Positions 1 through 12,119 of a stretch of DNA of 64,000 nucleotides are shown here, one piece after another. The stretch comes from Mobula hypostoma (lineage: Eukaryota): the NCBI RefSeq assembly GCF_963921235.1, contig NC_086097.1, positions 13,578,001 to 13,642,000 on the forward strand, written 5' to 3'. The translations under genes and the position numbers were made by a program. How positions within the stretch are numbered: position 1 is the stretch's first letter; every line of letters starts with the position of its first letter. The notes beneath the pieces were generated by a model. The model searched no databases, was not told the DNA's origin, and saw only the letters and a program-made list of their open reading frames with translations.

Positions 1-639
1 ATGATTAAAATCCCTGTAAATCCCTGTAAAATCCCTGTAAATACTAGAGGACCTCCATTTTTTTTATATTTTTGGAGCTATGAACTAGACTTTCATCTAG
101 TCCTTTACTGAATTATCCAGCTCAAAATCAGAATCAGAATGAGGTTTATTATCACTGGCATGTTTCGTGAATTTTGTTAAATTAGCAGCAACAATTCAAT
201 GCCATACATAATATAGAAGAAGAAGAAAGAATAAATAAATAACAGTATATGTATATTGAATAGATTAAAAATCATGCAAAAACAGAAATGATATATATTA
301 AAAATCTGAGATAATGTTCACAGGTTCAATGTCCATTTAGGAATCGGATGGCAGAGGGGAATAAGATGTTCCTGAATTGCTGAGTGAGTGCCTTCAGGCT
401 TCTGTATCTCCTACCTGATGGTAACAGTGAGAAAAGGGCATGCCCTGGGTGCTGGGGGTCCTTAATAATGGACGTTGTTTTTCTGAGACAACGCTCCCTA
501 AAGATGTCCTGGGTACTTTGTAGGCTAGTATCCAAGATGGAGCCAACTAAATTTACAACCCTCTGCAGCGTCTTTTGGTCCTGTTCAGCCTGTCAGAATG
601 CTCTCCATGGTACATCTATAGAAGTTATTGTTGACATAC

Positions 640-1541
640 TGTGACAAGAACACACATAGATTAAGATGTTAGCTGGCCTGTGCTGGCACCAGTGGGATCA
701 GCAGTTGGTCTGCCACCTGTCTTCAGGAGAAAGAGAGATAAGGAAAACAATGGAGCAGCATTTGGAGATGTTAATGAAGGGACGGGAGAGAGTAACGGAA
801 GGAGAGCTGTCAAGATCGGCTCCCCCTTTGAACACTGAACTGTTTGAAGTGATGGACAGGCGATACCCCAGCAGGGGGATAAAAAGGGACAGGTTCGCTG
901 AGGCAAGGACACACACGACACCCCGAGGTAACGAGACCCTGGAAGCGGTGCGTCTCCCACAAGTCGGTGGGAAGTTTTGGACAGCTGGTCGCGGGACAAG
1001 CCATAGACACACAGGGTGGAAAGGCACGATTGGCGGGAACCTGGTGTGTGTCCACCCTTGCCTGGGTGCCAGGTTCACCGCAGAGAAACGATCGTATCTG
1101 GAAACGGAAGGGTCACGGTCGGTGACCTCAGATGACATCACAAAGGGCTCGCACGAAAGCTGACTGAGAAGAATGTCGAAGGTCTGTGTGGAAGCCGTTT
1201 GAATATTCATTCGTTTTGCTCTCTCTCTCCTTCCCCCCCACTGTCCATCTCCCATGGCAGCGATTACTGCGAACAGAACTGAACTAAATTGAACTGAACT
1301 TTGCATCACTTTGAAATTGGTCATTTACCCCCAGACAACGATAGAGCTTGATTGATCCTGTTATCTTAATTCCGTGTACATGTGTGTTTATCATTGCTGA
1401 ACTGTTGCATTTATTATTCTTTTGATTAGAGTACTGTGTTGCTTGTGTCTTTAATAAAACTTTCTTAGTTCTAGTAATCCAGTCTCCAACTGAGTGATCC
1501 ATTTCTGCTGGTTTGGCAACCCAGTTACGGGGTACGTAACA
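640..1541 (+). repeat. 5' LTR (902 bp)
   Basis: Starts TGTGAC, ends GTAACA; AATAAA at 1453-1458; direct repeat of 4745-5612. Confidence 0.95.
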
Positions 1542-1545
1542 TAAG

Positions 1546-1571
1546 TGGGGTTCTAGTCCGCGATTTTGAAC
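1546..1571 (+). promoter_or_regulatory. Primer binding site, tRNA-Pro-like
   Basis: TGGGGTTCTAGTCCGCGATTTTGAAC begins 4 nt after the LTR and resembles the complement of the tRNA-Pro 3' end (TGGGGGCTCGTCCGGGATTTGAAC), with mismatches. Confidence 0.75.
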
Positions 1572-1640
1572 GCTAAATTTGGGACGGAGTAAATTGATTG
1601 GGTAAAAATTCCCGAAAGAAAGAAAAGATAAACAGCAGAA

Positions 1641-2881
1641 ATGGAGGCCGAGGAATTTATAAAGGCGCCGACCTTGGAGGCGTTAGAGGATGCCAGGAAA
1701 ACAGAATTGATAGCTGTGGCCAAACGGTTGAATCTTGTTAAGGGGAAGTCGACAATGAGGGGAGAGGAGATACACAGAGCTATCGTAGAGCACTATGTAT
1801 CTAAAGGTGTGTTTCCCCAAGGCGAGCTGGAGGTGATGTCTATTGAAAAACCTGCTGGAGACGCGGTACAGGTGCAGCTTGAAAAACTGAGACTCGAGCA
1901 CGAGTTCCAGGTACGGCAGTTAGAACACGAAGAGAAGCAGATAGAAAGGCGGAAGAAAGAGAGAGAGTTAGAAAGGCAGGAGAAAGAGAAACAGTTAGAA
2001 AGGCAGGAGAAAGAGAGAGAGTTAGAAAGGCGGGAGAGAGAGAGAGACAGTTGGAGCGAGAGGAGAAACAGAGGGAAAGGGAATTCGAGCTGGAGAAGTT
2101 AAAGATAAGGGCCGAGCAGGGGCCCGTGCCGAACCAAGGTAGAGGGTTCCGGGTGACCCAGGAGTTTAGGCTGGTTCCCCCATTTGACGATACCGACGTG
2201 GATCGGTACTTTCTCCATTTCGAAAAAGTTGCTACAAGTCAGGACTGGCTTAAGTGGGCTGTTTTGCTTCAGAGTGTACTGAAAGGGAAAGCACAACAAG
2301 CTTACTCAGCCCTGTCCGCGGAAGATGCCCAGAGGTATGAGGTGGTGAAAGAGGCCATCCTCAGGATTTATGAGTTGGTCCCGGAGGCATACCGGCAGAG
2401 GTTCCGGAATGCGAGGAAGCAGTGAGACCGCACGTATTTAGAGTTTGCCCATGAGATGCAGACATATTGTGAGCGTTGGTGCGCCTCGAAGGGGGTAGAG
2501 GGGGATTATGACAGACTGCTACAGCTGATCCTGCTTGAGCAGTTTAAAGGTTGTGTCCCTGAGGGTATAAGACCCTACCTAGATGAGAAAGAGGCAGCCA
2601 CGTTAGCCGCCACTGCTAAGTTAGCGGATGAGTATGCGTTGACGCATAAAATGAAGTTTGCCCCGAGTAAAGGCTAGCAGAAGGGTAGTCAGGACGGTGG
2701 GGAGAGTCCGCCGGAAAAGTCAGAAAGTAAGCCGGGGACTAGTGAGAAGGATAAGGTAGACCGGGAGCAGTCTGGTAGGAAGTCTCCTGGGGTCGTCTGT
2801 TATAATTGCGGGAAAGTCGGACACTTTGCGTCCAGGTGCTTTGCCCCAAAGAAGGAGCCGGGAAAAGGAAAAACAGCAATT
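1641..2881 (+). pseudogene. gag: coiled coil, SCAN-like capsid domain, CCHC zinc knuckle; disrupted
   Basis: ORF 1641-2102 shifts frame near the (GA)n run at ~2035-2048. The next frame has LLQLILLEQF...LADEY and CYNCGKVGHFASRC (from 2798), with in-frame stops at 2423-2425 and 2675-2677. Confidence 0.88.
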
Positions 2882-4093
2882 TTGACTGGCTGTATCCAGC
2901 TGGTAAACGAACCGCTAGGAGGGGACAGGTCTGCCAAAGTTCAGAAAGGGCGCGAGAGATTTATCTCGGCCGGATTGGTGTCAGTGAAGGAGGGGTTAAA
3001 ACCAGTTCCAGTGCGGATCTGGAGAGACACGGGAGTGTGTCAGTCACTGATACTGAAGTGTGTATTAGAGTTTAGCACAGAGACCCAGACTGGGGAGGTC
3101 AAAGTCAAAGGTATTAGGGAAGGGACAGAGGCAGTCCCTTTGCACCAGATACACCTACAAAGCAACCTGGTCTCTGGACTAGTCACGATCGGGGTGAGGC
3201 CCGAATTACCGATGAAAGGTGTGGAAGTCTTGCTCGGTAATGACCTCACCGGGGGAATCGTGTTCCCAGCCGTGAGATTGACAGGTCAGCCTGCCAGCAT
3301 TGAGGCCCCGCCCATGGACTCAAAGGTTCATCACGGGACTGCGGTAGTAAATTTAGCTGAGACGTTTCTGCCAGCCTTATATGAGAAGGGGGTAGAAAGT
3401 GAAAAGAAGGAGTGTAGTGAGACAAGAGGTAGTGAGGGAGCTGAGATAGACTTAGCATTAGCCAGGAAAGAATTTGTGCAGGCACAGGAGCGAGACGAGG
3501 GGCTGATGGTTTTGGCGGAGACAGCTCTCTCTGATGCAGAATTAACAAGGGAACCAGTAGGCTATTGTGTGGAGGAGGAAGTGCTAAGGAAGAAAGGGAG
3601 ACCAAGTACCGTACCCGCAGATGAGGAATGGGGGGTGGTGCAAAAGAGTTATGGGGATGAGATTTTTAACCTGGCCCATAAGGTACCCCCCGGTGGACAT
3701 TTTGCGGTGCTAGAGGAAACAGTTGGTGGAATCATGAAAGAGGTTTACCGGCTGCGCCGGAGGAAGGATGTTATTGATTATGGCCGACGTGAACTGAGGC
3801 GGTCACAGGCTTTTGATATGCTAACAAACCTAGTCGGTGTTAGCGCGGAAATCAATGAAGCTAGGGTCCCCCTGATAAGAGAAAAAAACCATTTTGAAAA
3901 GATGAGTATGGTATCGACCAGATGGGAGAAGGCTATTGTTTTGGCCAGCTCTGTTGATAAGGTCTCTCCCTTAATCCCCAAACAAAGCGACTCTTTAGGA
4001 GAAGTAATTAAACGACTCGCACACGTGTGTTTGATTGTCCCGAGGCGATGCAAAGAACTGGGACGTTGGGTGGTGTTTGTCGCACTAGGCTAG
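2882..4093 (+). pseudogene. pol N-terminal part: aspartic protease plus integrase N-terminal remnant
   Basis: VRIWRDTG protease motif, VEVLLGNDL, and AHKVPPGGHF (His pair of the IN zinc finger); no recognisable DDE core; same frame as distal gag. Confidence 0.8.
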
Positions 4094-4113
4094 CCTAGCA
4101 ACATCCCTATAGA

Positions 4114-4572
4114 ATGAGTAATTCAGTGACGAAAGGGCTGACGAACACAGAGGTGTGTATTGGCGATGTAATATGGCTGTCTGAAGCCAGCTTGATAGTG
4201 AACCTTGAAAAAAATGAGTTCGGCCACATGAAGGTCACTTACCTGGGAATTGTGGTGACACAAGGGCAGCTGGCAGCAATGCAAGCTAAAGTGCGGGCTA
4301 TCTCTGACATCCAAACCCCGACAGACAAGAGGGCCCTCAGAAGGCTCTTGGAGATGGTAGGGTACTGTAGGAAGTTTTGCAATAACTCTGTGGTTACTAC
4401 CCCTCCCCCTCCTACTAAGCCCTTGCGAGAGAAAACTAAGTTGGAATGGGACGACCCTTGTTATTGTGGTCCAGGACGAAACCCAATGAGAGGTTACATT
4501 GATCGCAATTCATCAGTGTTTTCGGCCACTATGATGTTTGCTAAGTTGGAGCCTGGTCTAAGGTATTATTAA
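4114..4572 (+). pseudogene. Reverse transcriptase C-terminal remnant
   Basis: EVCIGDVI (degenerate YxDD), VNLEKNEFG...VTYLG, LRRLLEMVGYCRKFC. Confidence 0.8.
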
Positions 4573-4732
4573 TAACACATATAAAAGAAACAAAAAATGT
4601 GATGGCTGACTGTCTGTCAGGTGTTGACAACTTCAAATTCTCTGTATTAGCCAAATAGCTGATAAAGATGTATATTTGTGTGTATCAAATAATGTACTCA
4701 TGTTTGTAATTTTTACCCAGGTAAAAATCCTT

Positions 4733-4744
4733 AAAGGGAGGAAG
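4733..4744 (+). promoter_or_regulatory. Polypurine tract
   Basis: AAAGGGAGGAAG directly abuts the 3' LTR. Confidence 0.88.
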
Positions 4745-5612
4745 TGTGACGAGAATACACATAAATTAAGATGTTTGCTGGCCTGGGATAGCAACAGTGG
4801 CATCAGCAGTTGGTCTGCCACCTGTCCTCAGGGGAGGGAGAGATAAGGAACAATGAAGCAGCGCTTGGAGGTGTTAATGAAGGAACCATCAGTCTGGGTA
4901 TTGTCAAGATCGGCTCCCCCTTTGAACCCTGAACTGTTTGAAGTGATGGACAGGCGATACCCCAGCAGGGGGATAAAAAGGGACAGGTTCGCTAAGGCAG
5001 GACACACACGACACCCGAGGTAACGAGACCCTGGAAGCGGTGCGCCTCTCACAAGTCGGTGGGAAGTACCAGGCCATAAACGCACAGGGTGGAAAGGTAC
5101 GATCAGCGGGAACCCGGTGTGTGTCCACCCTCGCTTGGGTGCCGGGTTCACTGCAGAGGATCGACCACATCTGGAGGAGGGATCACAGTCGGTGACCTCA
5201 GGTGACACCACAAAGGACCCGACCGAAAGCTGCTTGTGAGCAATATCGCAGGTCTGTGAGTGGAAGCCGTTCTGAATGATCAGTCGTTCTCGTTCTCTCT
5301 CTCCTTCCCCCCACATTGTCCATTGCCATGGCAACGATTACTGCAAACTGAACTAAATTGAACTGGACTTTGTGTGTCACTTTGAAATTGGTCATTTACC
5401 CCTAGACAACGATAGAGCTTGATTGATCCTGTTATCTTAATTCCGTGTACATGTGTGTTTATCATTGCTAAACTGTTGCATTTATTATCCTTTTGATTAG
5501 AGTACTGTGTTGCTTGTGTCTTTAATAAAACTTTCTTAGTTCTAGTAATCCAGACTCCAACTGAGTGATCCATTTCTGCTGGTTTGGCAACCTGGTTACA
5601 GGGTACGTAACA
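4745..5612 (+). repeat. 3' LTR (868 bp)
   Basis: TGTGAC...GTAACA followed by TSD ATAC. Confidence 0.95.
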
Positions 5613-6471
5613 ATACTAATTCTCTTCAAACTCCAAGTGAAGTATAGTCACTGTCTTGCCTTTTTTATAACTGCATTGATATGTTGAGACCAGGTTAGGT
5701 CCTCAGAGATCTTGTCACCCAGAAACTTGAAGCTGCTTACCCTCTCCACTTCTGATCCCTCTATGAAGATTGGTATGTGTTCCTTCGTCTTACCCTTCCT
5801 GAAGTCCACAGTCAGCTCTTTCGTCTTACTGACTTTGAGTGCAAGGTTGTTGCTGTGACACCACTCCACCAGTTGGTATATCTCACTTCTGTACGCCATG
5901 TTGTCTCCATCTGAAATTCTACTAACAATGGTTGTATCATCAGCAAATTTATAGATGGTATTAAGCTATGCCTAGCCACACAGTCGTCAGTATAGAGAGA
6001 GTAGAGCAGTGGGCTAAGCACACACCCCTGAGGTGCACCAGGTTTGATTGTCAGTGAGGGGGAGATATTATCACCAATCCACACAGATTGTGGTCTTCCA
6101 GTTAAGAAGTTGAGGATCTATTTGCAGAGGGAGGTACAGAGGCCCAGGTTCTGTAACTTATCAATCAGGATTGTGGGAATGATGGTATTAAATGCTGAAC
6201 TATAGTCGATGGGCAGCATCCTGTCATAGGTGTTTGTATTGTCCAGATGACCTAAGGCCAAGTGATGAGCCATTGAGTTTGTGTCTGCCGTTGACTTATT
6301 GTGGCGATAGGCAAATTGCAATGGGTCCAGGTGCTTGCTGAGGCAGGAGTTCAGTGTAGTCATGACCCTTAGTTTCTTCAAAGGTATTCTTTTACGCTCC
6401 ATGCAATGTTTGCCCACTTACCAGCACTTGCTCCTTAGCCTTCTACATCTTCGTGACTCCAGTCCTCACCT

Positions 6472-6662
6472 CCAGTACCTACTGCCCATTGCACCTCTAG
6501 TACTTAGACCAGCAATGAAGGTCCTCCATCCCTTTGACCTGTTTGGTCTGGGTGACCCTACCAGGAGTGAAAACACAAGGCCCTAACTCTAACATAGGTC
6601 TCTGGGTCATCGTGGCATGCAAGTCTCCAAGCCCCTTGACAAGGTTGTGGTCCTCTGGGAAG
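6472..6662 (-). mobile_element. Short bipartite RTE-derived non-autonomous retroposon
   Basis: 11-bp direct repeat AGTCCTCACCT at 6461-6471 and 6663-6673. Minus strand starts like RTE 5' ends (GGACCACAACCTTGTC...CTCCTGGTAGGGTCACCCAGACCAAACAGGTC) and joins an RTE-like 3' end. Confidence 0.65.
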
Positions 6663-6714
6663 AGTCCTCACCTAGATATTTCTTAAGTGTTGTGAGAGTA
6701 GCTGAAAGATCAAT

Positions 6715-6794
6715 CAGGGGTTCACAACTGCTTTTATGCCATGGATCTCAACCATTAATCGAGGGGTCCATGGACCTCAGGTTGGGAAGCCCCG
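6715..6794. mobile_element. ~80-bp hAT-type MITE, copy 1
   Basis: TIR CAGGGGTT(C)CAA...TTGGGAAGCCCC; matches copies at 13881 and 54304. Confidence 0.7.
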
Positions 6795-7211
6795 TTCCAA
6801 TGCCCTTCTCCCACATGGCCCCCTGTTTTCCTTTCATTGATGTGCCTATCTAAAGGTCTCTAAATACCCTAAATTGTAACAGCCTCTACCAGCACCCGAG
6901 GCTGTACATTCCACGCACCCACCACTCTCTGTGTAAAAAAAAGCGAACAAAACTGAATTAAGTCTTCCCCCCGTCTCTTTTGTTAATTTAGTTAATTCTG
7001 AACTGACCCACTACCTGCTGCAGTAAAACCAGCAAGGCCGTAATAATGCAAAACAGTTGTTTCACACTCTCTGGTTGGTCTGATGATAATATAATAAGTT
7101 GGGTAAATTTCTATTGGGCCGTTGCCCACTGTATCACCAGTTTCCACCACCCCTCACTTAATTCCTCAACATCCCCATCTCACCCAATAAAAGAGACAAT
7201 ATTTTCTTAGC

Positions 7212-7325
7212 ACAAGACTGATGAAGGGTCTCAAACTGAAGTGTCCGCTCTTTGTTCCTCTCCATAGATCCTGCCTGACCTGCTGAGTTCCTCTAGCATT
7301 TGTGTGTGTTACCCAGGATTTTCTT
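7212..7325 (+). mobile_element. Penelope 3'-terminal relic with degenerate hammerhead
   Basis: CTGATGA-AGGGTCTCAAACT-GAAG-TGTC, then the shared CCTGACCTGCTGAGTTCCTC tail. Confidence 0.7.
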
Positions 7326-7717
7326 AGCATTATGCAATTGAACTTTTTCCTCGCGTCTCTCTGGAATAGTGCTGATTTCTGTTTGACACCTTAATGCCAA
7401 GATGATCAGCTCATCGTGCAATGACTCAGATTTGCAACACAGCAGGCTTTTAAGGTCGGCATTTCTTTCTCATGGGAAATTTCACTGTTGAATTATTTAC
7501 AGACACTCTCTTTGCTTCTGCTGAGATTTGGTTGCAATCTTATGAATGTTGACCATCTGGGCGGTCCAGAAGCTGGTGTGATGATGTCAGGGCTCAATGC
7601 TTGCTATTTGTGCCACATTTAAAACTTGGCTGTACCTCAGCTGGTAACACCCTGTGTTCTGAATCAGAAGGCTCCAAGTCACGCAGCAGCCTGTAATCTA
7701 GGCTGACATAATCCAGA

Positions 7718-8430
7718 GCAACACACACAAAATGCTGGAGGAGCTCTGCTGGTCAGGCAGCATCTATGGAAATTAATAAACAGTCAACAGTTCAGGTTGA
7801 GAGACTTCCATCAGGGCTGGAAAATGCCATAATAAAAAGGTGGGGGGAGGGGAAGGAGGGCAAGCTGGAAGGTGAAAGTTGAAGCTGGGAGGTGACAGGT
7901 GGAAAAGATGTTGGAGAAAAAGGATTCTGATAGGAGAGAAGAGGGGACCATGGGAGAAAGGAGAGGAGGAGGTGATAGGCAAATGAGCAATAGACAATAG
8001 ACAATAAATGCAGGAGTAGGCCATTCAGCCCTCCGAGCCAGCACCGCCATTCACTGTGATCATGGCTGATCATCCACAATCAGTATCCAGTTCCTGCCTT
8101 ATCCCCATAACCTTTGATTCCACTATCTTTAAGAGCTCTATCCATCTCTTTTTTGAAAGCATCCAGAGACTTGGCCTCCACAGCCTTCTGGGGCAGAGCA
8201 GAAGAGGTGAGAGGCCAGAATGGGGAAAAGAGGAAAGGGGGATGGTGTAAAATTACCAGAAGGAGAAATTGATGTTCATGTCATCAGTTTGGAAGCTACC
8301 TAGACAGAATATGAGGTGTTGCTCCTCCACCCTGAGAGTATCCTCTTTATGGCAGAAGAAGAGGCCATAGACCAACATGTCAGAACAGGAATAGGAATTT
8401 CAGTGCTTGGCTGTTGTGAAATTCTGCTTT
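7718..8430 (-). mobile_element. Penelope 3' fragment interrupted by a CR1 3' end (~7985-8198)
   Basis: Similar to 36520-37110 (endonuclease C-terminus and purine-rich UTR); the insert carries a (CAATAGA)n tail. Confidence 0.75.
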
Positions 8431-8534
8431 TTGTGGATGGAGCGGAGATGCTGGCACTGTGCTGAAGGAGCACTGCACTACTAGAAGTGCTATCTTCCAA
8501 ATCAGATACCAAGACCCAAAGAGAGTACTGTCAC

Positions 8535-8935
8535 ATAAGATCATAAGACATAGGAGCAGAATTAGACCATTCAGCTCATCGAGTCTACTCTGCCATTTCG
8601 TCATGGCTGATTCCAGATCCCACTCAATCCCATGCACCTGCCTTTTCGCCATATCCTTTGATGCTCAGATCGATCAGGAAACAATCAACTCCTGCCTTAA
8701 ATGTACGCACAGATCTGGCCTCCACCACAGTCTGTGGCAGAGCATTCCACAGATTTACTACTCTCCACTGAAAAAATTCCTCTTTACCTCTGCTCTAAAG
8801 GGTCGCCCCTCAATTTTGAAGCTGTGCCCTCTAGTTTTAGATACACTCACTATAGGAAACATCCTCTCCACATCCACCCTATCTAGTCCGGTAGGTTTCA
8901 ATGAGATCCCCACATATTCTTCTAAATTCCGGTGA
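8535..8935 (-). mobile_element. CR1 LINE 3' fragment
   Basis: (CATAAGA)n tail; homologous to 16730-17160. Confidence 0.8.
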
Positions 8936-8938
8936 GTA

Positions 8939-9497
8939 CACAGCAGTGGCCACTTTATTAGTTACAGAAGGCACTGCGAGTATTTCTGTATGTTTGTGGT
9001 ACCCCAAAGTAGCCACTGAGTTCATGGTCTCCTACTGCTGTAGCCCATCCACTACAATGTTCAACATGTTGTGCATTCAGAGATGCTGTTCTGCACACCA
9101 CTATTATGTGGTTATCTGAGTTACTATCACCTTCCTGTCTTCTTGCCATTTCCTCTGACCTCATCAACATTGTATTCTCACCTACAGAACTGTTGCCCAT
9201 TGTTTTTTTCTTTGATCTTCACTCCATTCTCTTTAAACTCTGGAGAATATTATGCATGAAAATCCTGGGAGTTCAGCACTTTCTGAGATACTCAAACCAC
9301 CCTGTCTGCCACCAACAATCATCCCACGGTCAAAGTCGCTTAGATCACATTTATTTGCCATTCTGATATTTGATCTGAACAACAACTGAAGCTCTTGACC
9401 ATGTCTGTATGCTTTTATGCATAGAGGTGCTGCAAAATGCCTGTCTGTTTAGATACTTGCATTAACAAGCAGATGTACAGGTGTACCTAATAAAGTG
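8939..9497 (-). mobile_element. Non-autonomous Tc1-like element, copy A
   Basis: TIR CAGTGGCCACTTTATTAG at left, TACCTAATAAAGTG at right; body is the reverse complement of 44884-45412. Confidence 0.8.
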
Positions 9498-9604
9498 CAT
9501 ACATAGCAGTCAACGTGACTGAAGGCCCGGCAGCAAATTGTAAAGCTGGTGTGCAGAGTTAATTTGCGGGGGGGGGGGGAGTGGAAATGGGTTTAACTGA
9601 AGAC

Positions 9605-9935
9605 TGCACAGTGGTAGAGCTAATAGAGTCACTGACTTACAGTGCCAGAGACCGGGATCCACACCTTGGGTGCTCTCTCTGCAGGAATTTTCTCCCTGTG
9701 ACTGAATGAGCTTCTTCTGGGTGCTCCGGTTTCCTTCCCCAATGTTATGCAGGTTTTGAGATTAATCAACCACTGTAAAATTGTCCTGAATGTGTGGGTA
9801 AGTGATGATATCTGGGGGAGGTTGATGAAAATATGAGGTGAATAAAAGATGGAATAAATGTAGGAGCAGCATTAAGGGGTTAGCATGGACTTAGCAGGCT
9901 GAAGGGCCTACTTCCATGTGGTATGCCTCTATAAC
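9605..9935 (+). mobile_element. HE1/V-SINE-like tRNA-derived SINE
   Basis: V-domain-like TTCTCCCTGTGAC...GGGTGCTCCGGTTTCC; CR1-type tail GGCTGAAGGGCCT. Confidence 0.7.
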
Positions 9936-9939
9936 TCGT

Positions 9940-10670
9940 CACCATCTGGTATGGAGGGGGCACGGCGCAGGATCAGAAACAGCAGCACAACGTTGCAAAC
10001 TCAGCCAGTTCCATCGTGGCCATTGAGGGCATATTCAAAAGAATGATGCTCAAAAAGGTGGTGTCCATCATTAAGGACTTCCAATCACCCAGGGCATGCC
10101 CTCTTCTCATTGCTAATATCTAGGAGGAGGTACAGAACCCTGAAAATACACATTCAACAGTTCAGGAGCAGCTCCTTCATTCTGCCATCAGATTATCAGA
10201 TTTCTGCATGGTCAATGAACCAGTCACAGGAGAGCAGCATCCGTTGTCAGGGACCCCACCATCCAGGACATGCTCTCTTCAAGCTGCTGCTGTTAGAAAG
10301 AAGTTACGGGAGCCTCAAGTCCCACGCCACCTCGTTCAGGAACCGCTACTACCCCTCAACCATCAGGCTCTTGAAACAAAGGGATAACTTCACTCATTTT
10401 TTCTTGCCCCCACAACCAATGGATTCACTTTCAAGGACTCTTCATCTCATCTTCTTGATATTTATTGATTATTTATTTATTATTATTCTCGCTTTCTTTT
10501 TTATATTTACACAATTCATTGTCTTCTACACTCTGGTTGAATGCCCAAGTTGGCGTGGTCTTTCATTGATTTGTTATGGTTATTATTTCATAGATCTATT
10601 GAGTATGCCCACAAGAAAATGGATCTCAAGGTCACAAATGGTGACATATATGTACTTTGAACTTTGAACT
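9940..10670 (+). mobile_element. Two tandem Rex1/Babar 3' fragments
   Basis: HPGHALF...RRYR motif occurs twice; (TTTGAAC)n tail. Confidence 0.75.
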
Positions 10671-10969
10671 CTATGACTCTATGTATGTCTGGGATAGCTT
10701 TAAAAACTGTTTTAAACTCGATGGATTGACTCTAGATACATTGAGGTGCTCGGGCAATATAGTTTAATTGAGAGTCATTGCATTCAACAAAATATCTTCA
10801 CTTTCTAGTTTTAACTCTAGCTGTTTTTCTTATGCAAGCAGCAACATTGAACAAACCCACAAACAACATAGGTGGGGGAGACGCAGATTAAAATTGGTTG
10901 CATCCTATTTGATCCAGAACCCTGTCCCACATCACACCAATTGTCTGCAACCTTCTCTTTACATTGCCA

Positions 10970-11340
10970 GAACCAGAATCAGAATTACCATCACCAGTAT
11001 ACATCGAGAAATTTGTTGTTATGTGGCAGCAGTACAATGCATTACATTATAATAAAAGCTGTAAATTACATATATGTTAAATTAAATAAGTAGTGCAAAA
11101 AGAGAAAAAGCATTGTAGTGAGGCGGTGTTCATGGGTTCAATATCCATTCAGACTAGCATGGGTCCTTTATGGTGGATGCCATCTTTTTGAGGCATTACT
11201 CCTTGAAGGTGTCCCAGATGCTGTACAGGCCAGTACCCATGATGGAACTGAGGGAGTTTACAATTCTCTGCAGCTTTTACCCAATCCTCTGCAGTGCCTT
11301 TGGTGACATGACAATTCTCCTCAAACGTCTGGTGACATGT
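10970..11340 (-). mobile_element. Rex1/Babar 3' fragment with deletions
   Basis: (CAGAAT)n tail; body similar to 128-635. Confidence 0.7.
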
Positions 11341-11344
11341 AGAC

Positions 11345-11830
11345 TCCATTTAATGTCAGAAAACATATACAGTATACAAACCGAAATCCTTACTCTTTGC
11401 AGACATCCATGAGACAGAGAGGGAAAAAAAACAGAATGAATGACAACAAAACCTCAGAATCCCAAAGCCCCCTCCCCCTCCCACGCGCAAGCAGCAGCAA
11501 AGCATGACCCCTCCTTGCACTTGCTCCAGCAAAAAGCATCAGTACCCCCACCACCCTCCAAGCAATAGCAAGCCCCCAGAGACCATGATCTTTAGACCAT
11601 TAAAAATGACTGTCCATCCTAACATATTGACAGCTCAACAGGCCCTCTCTTTCACTAATATCACCACTGCCACCACAAGGGAGGAGACCAACTGCAAGCT
11701 GTTTCGATGCTACAGTCTGCAGCTTCACCTATTTCAAGTACCCCTGACTCGAGAATCAGTAGACTCTCTCTCACCATCGAGAGAGAGAGAGCCTCCATCA
11801 GCCACGCCGCTGAATCGATGTTTTGATCTT
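11345..11830 (-). mobile_element. Non-coding repeat related to 38490-39318
   Basis: Reverse complement resembles 39050-39300. Confidence 0.55.
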
Positions 11831-12119
11831 CTGTGATGCTTCAGTCGGTGAGGAATCAGGTAATCTTCCTTTTCAGTTATATTTTGAGCTTCGCCGCTAC
11901 TCCTTTGTGAAGAAGGATATGATATTCCAGACAGCTGCAGAGACTGAGTCAGTGACTTCATGAAAAATGATTTCCTGGTATTAAAGAAACCAAGGGAAAT
12001 GATGAAGAGGCAGAAAACTGGAGCTGAGGTAAAAAGGGCAGCAATGATCTTATTGAATGGTTTAAGTTCAATGGACCAACCATAATGTACCAAGCTGATT
12101 GACCAATTCCATAAAGAGA

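Larger units (their letters stand above)
640..5612 (+). mobile_element. Gypsy LTR retrotransposon, Gmr1-like (SCAN-containing gag), internally deleted, non-autonomous
   Basis: Two TG...CA LTRs, TSD ATAC (636-639 / 5613-5616), PBS, PPT, and gag, PR, IN-remnant, RT-remnant in that order. Confidence 0.95.
128..6370 (-). mobile_element. Rex1/Babar-type LINE, 5'-truncated and degenerate, split by the LTR element (pieces ~128-639 and ~5613-6370)
   Basis: Minus-strand ORF pieces [56 protein letters not shown] and SIIKDPQHPGHALFSLLPSGRRYRS; (TCAGAA)n tail at ~128-140; sequence is collinear across the insertion. Confidence 0.9.

Noticed and set aside
7..40. AAATCCCTGT x3 tandem repeat
   Set aside because: A short local duplication with no spacers; not telomeric or CRISPR-like
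661..1502. Overlapping ORFs on both strands within the LTRs (also 4828-5573)
   Set aside because: No recognisable domains, and frames are not preserved consistently between the two LTRs
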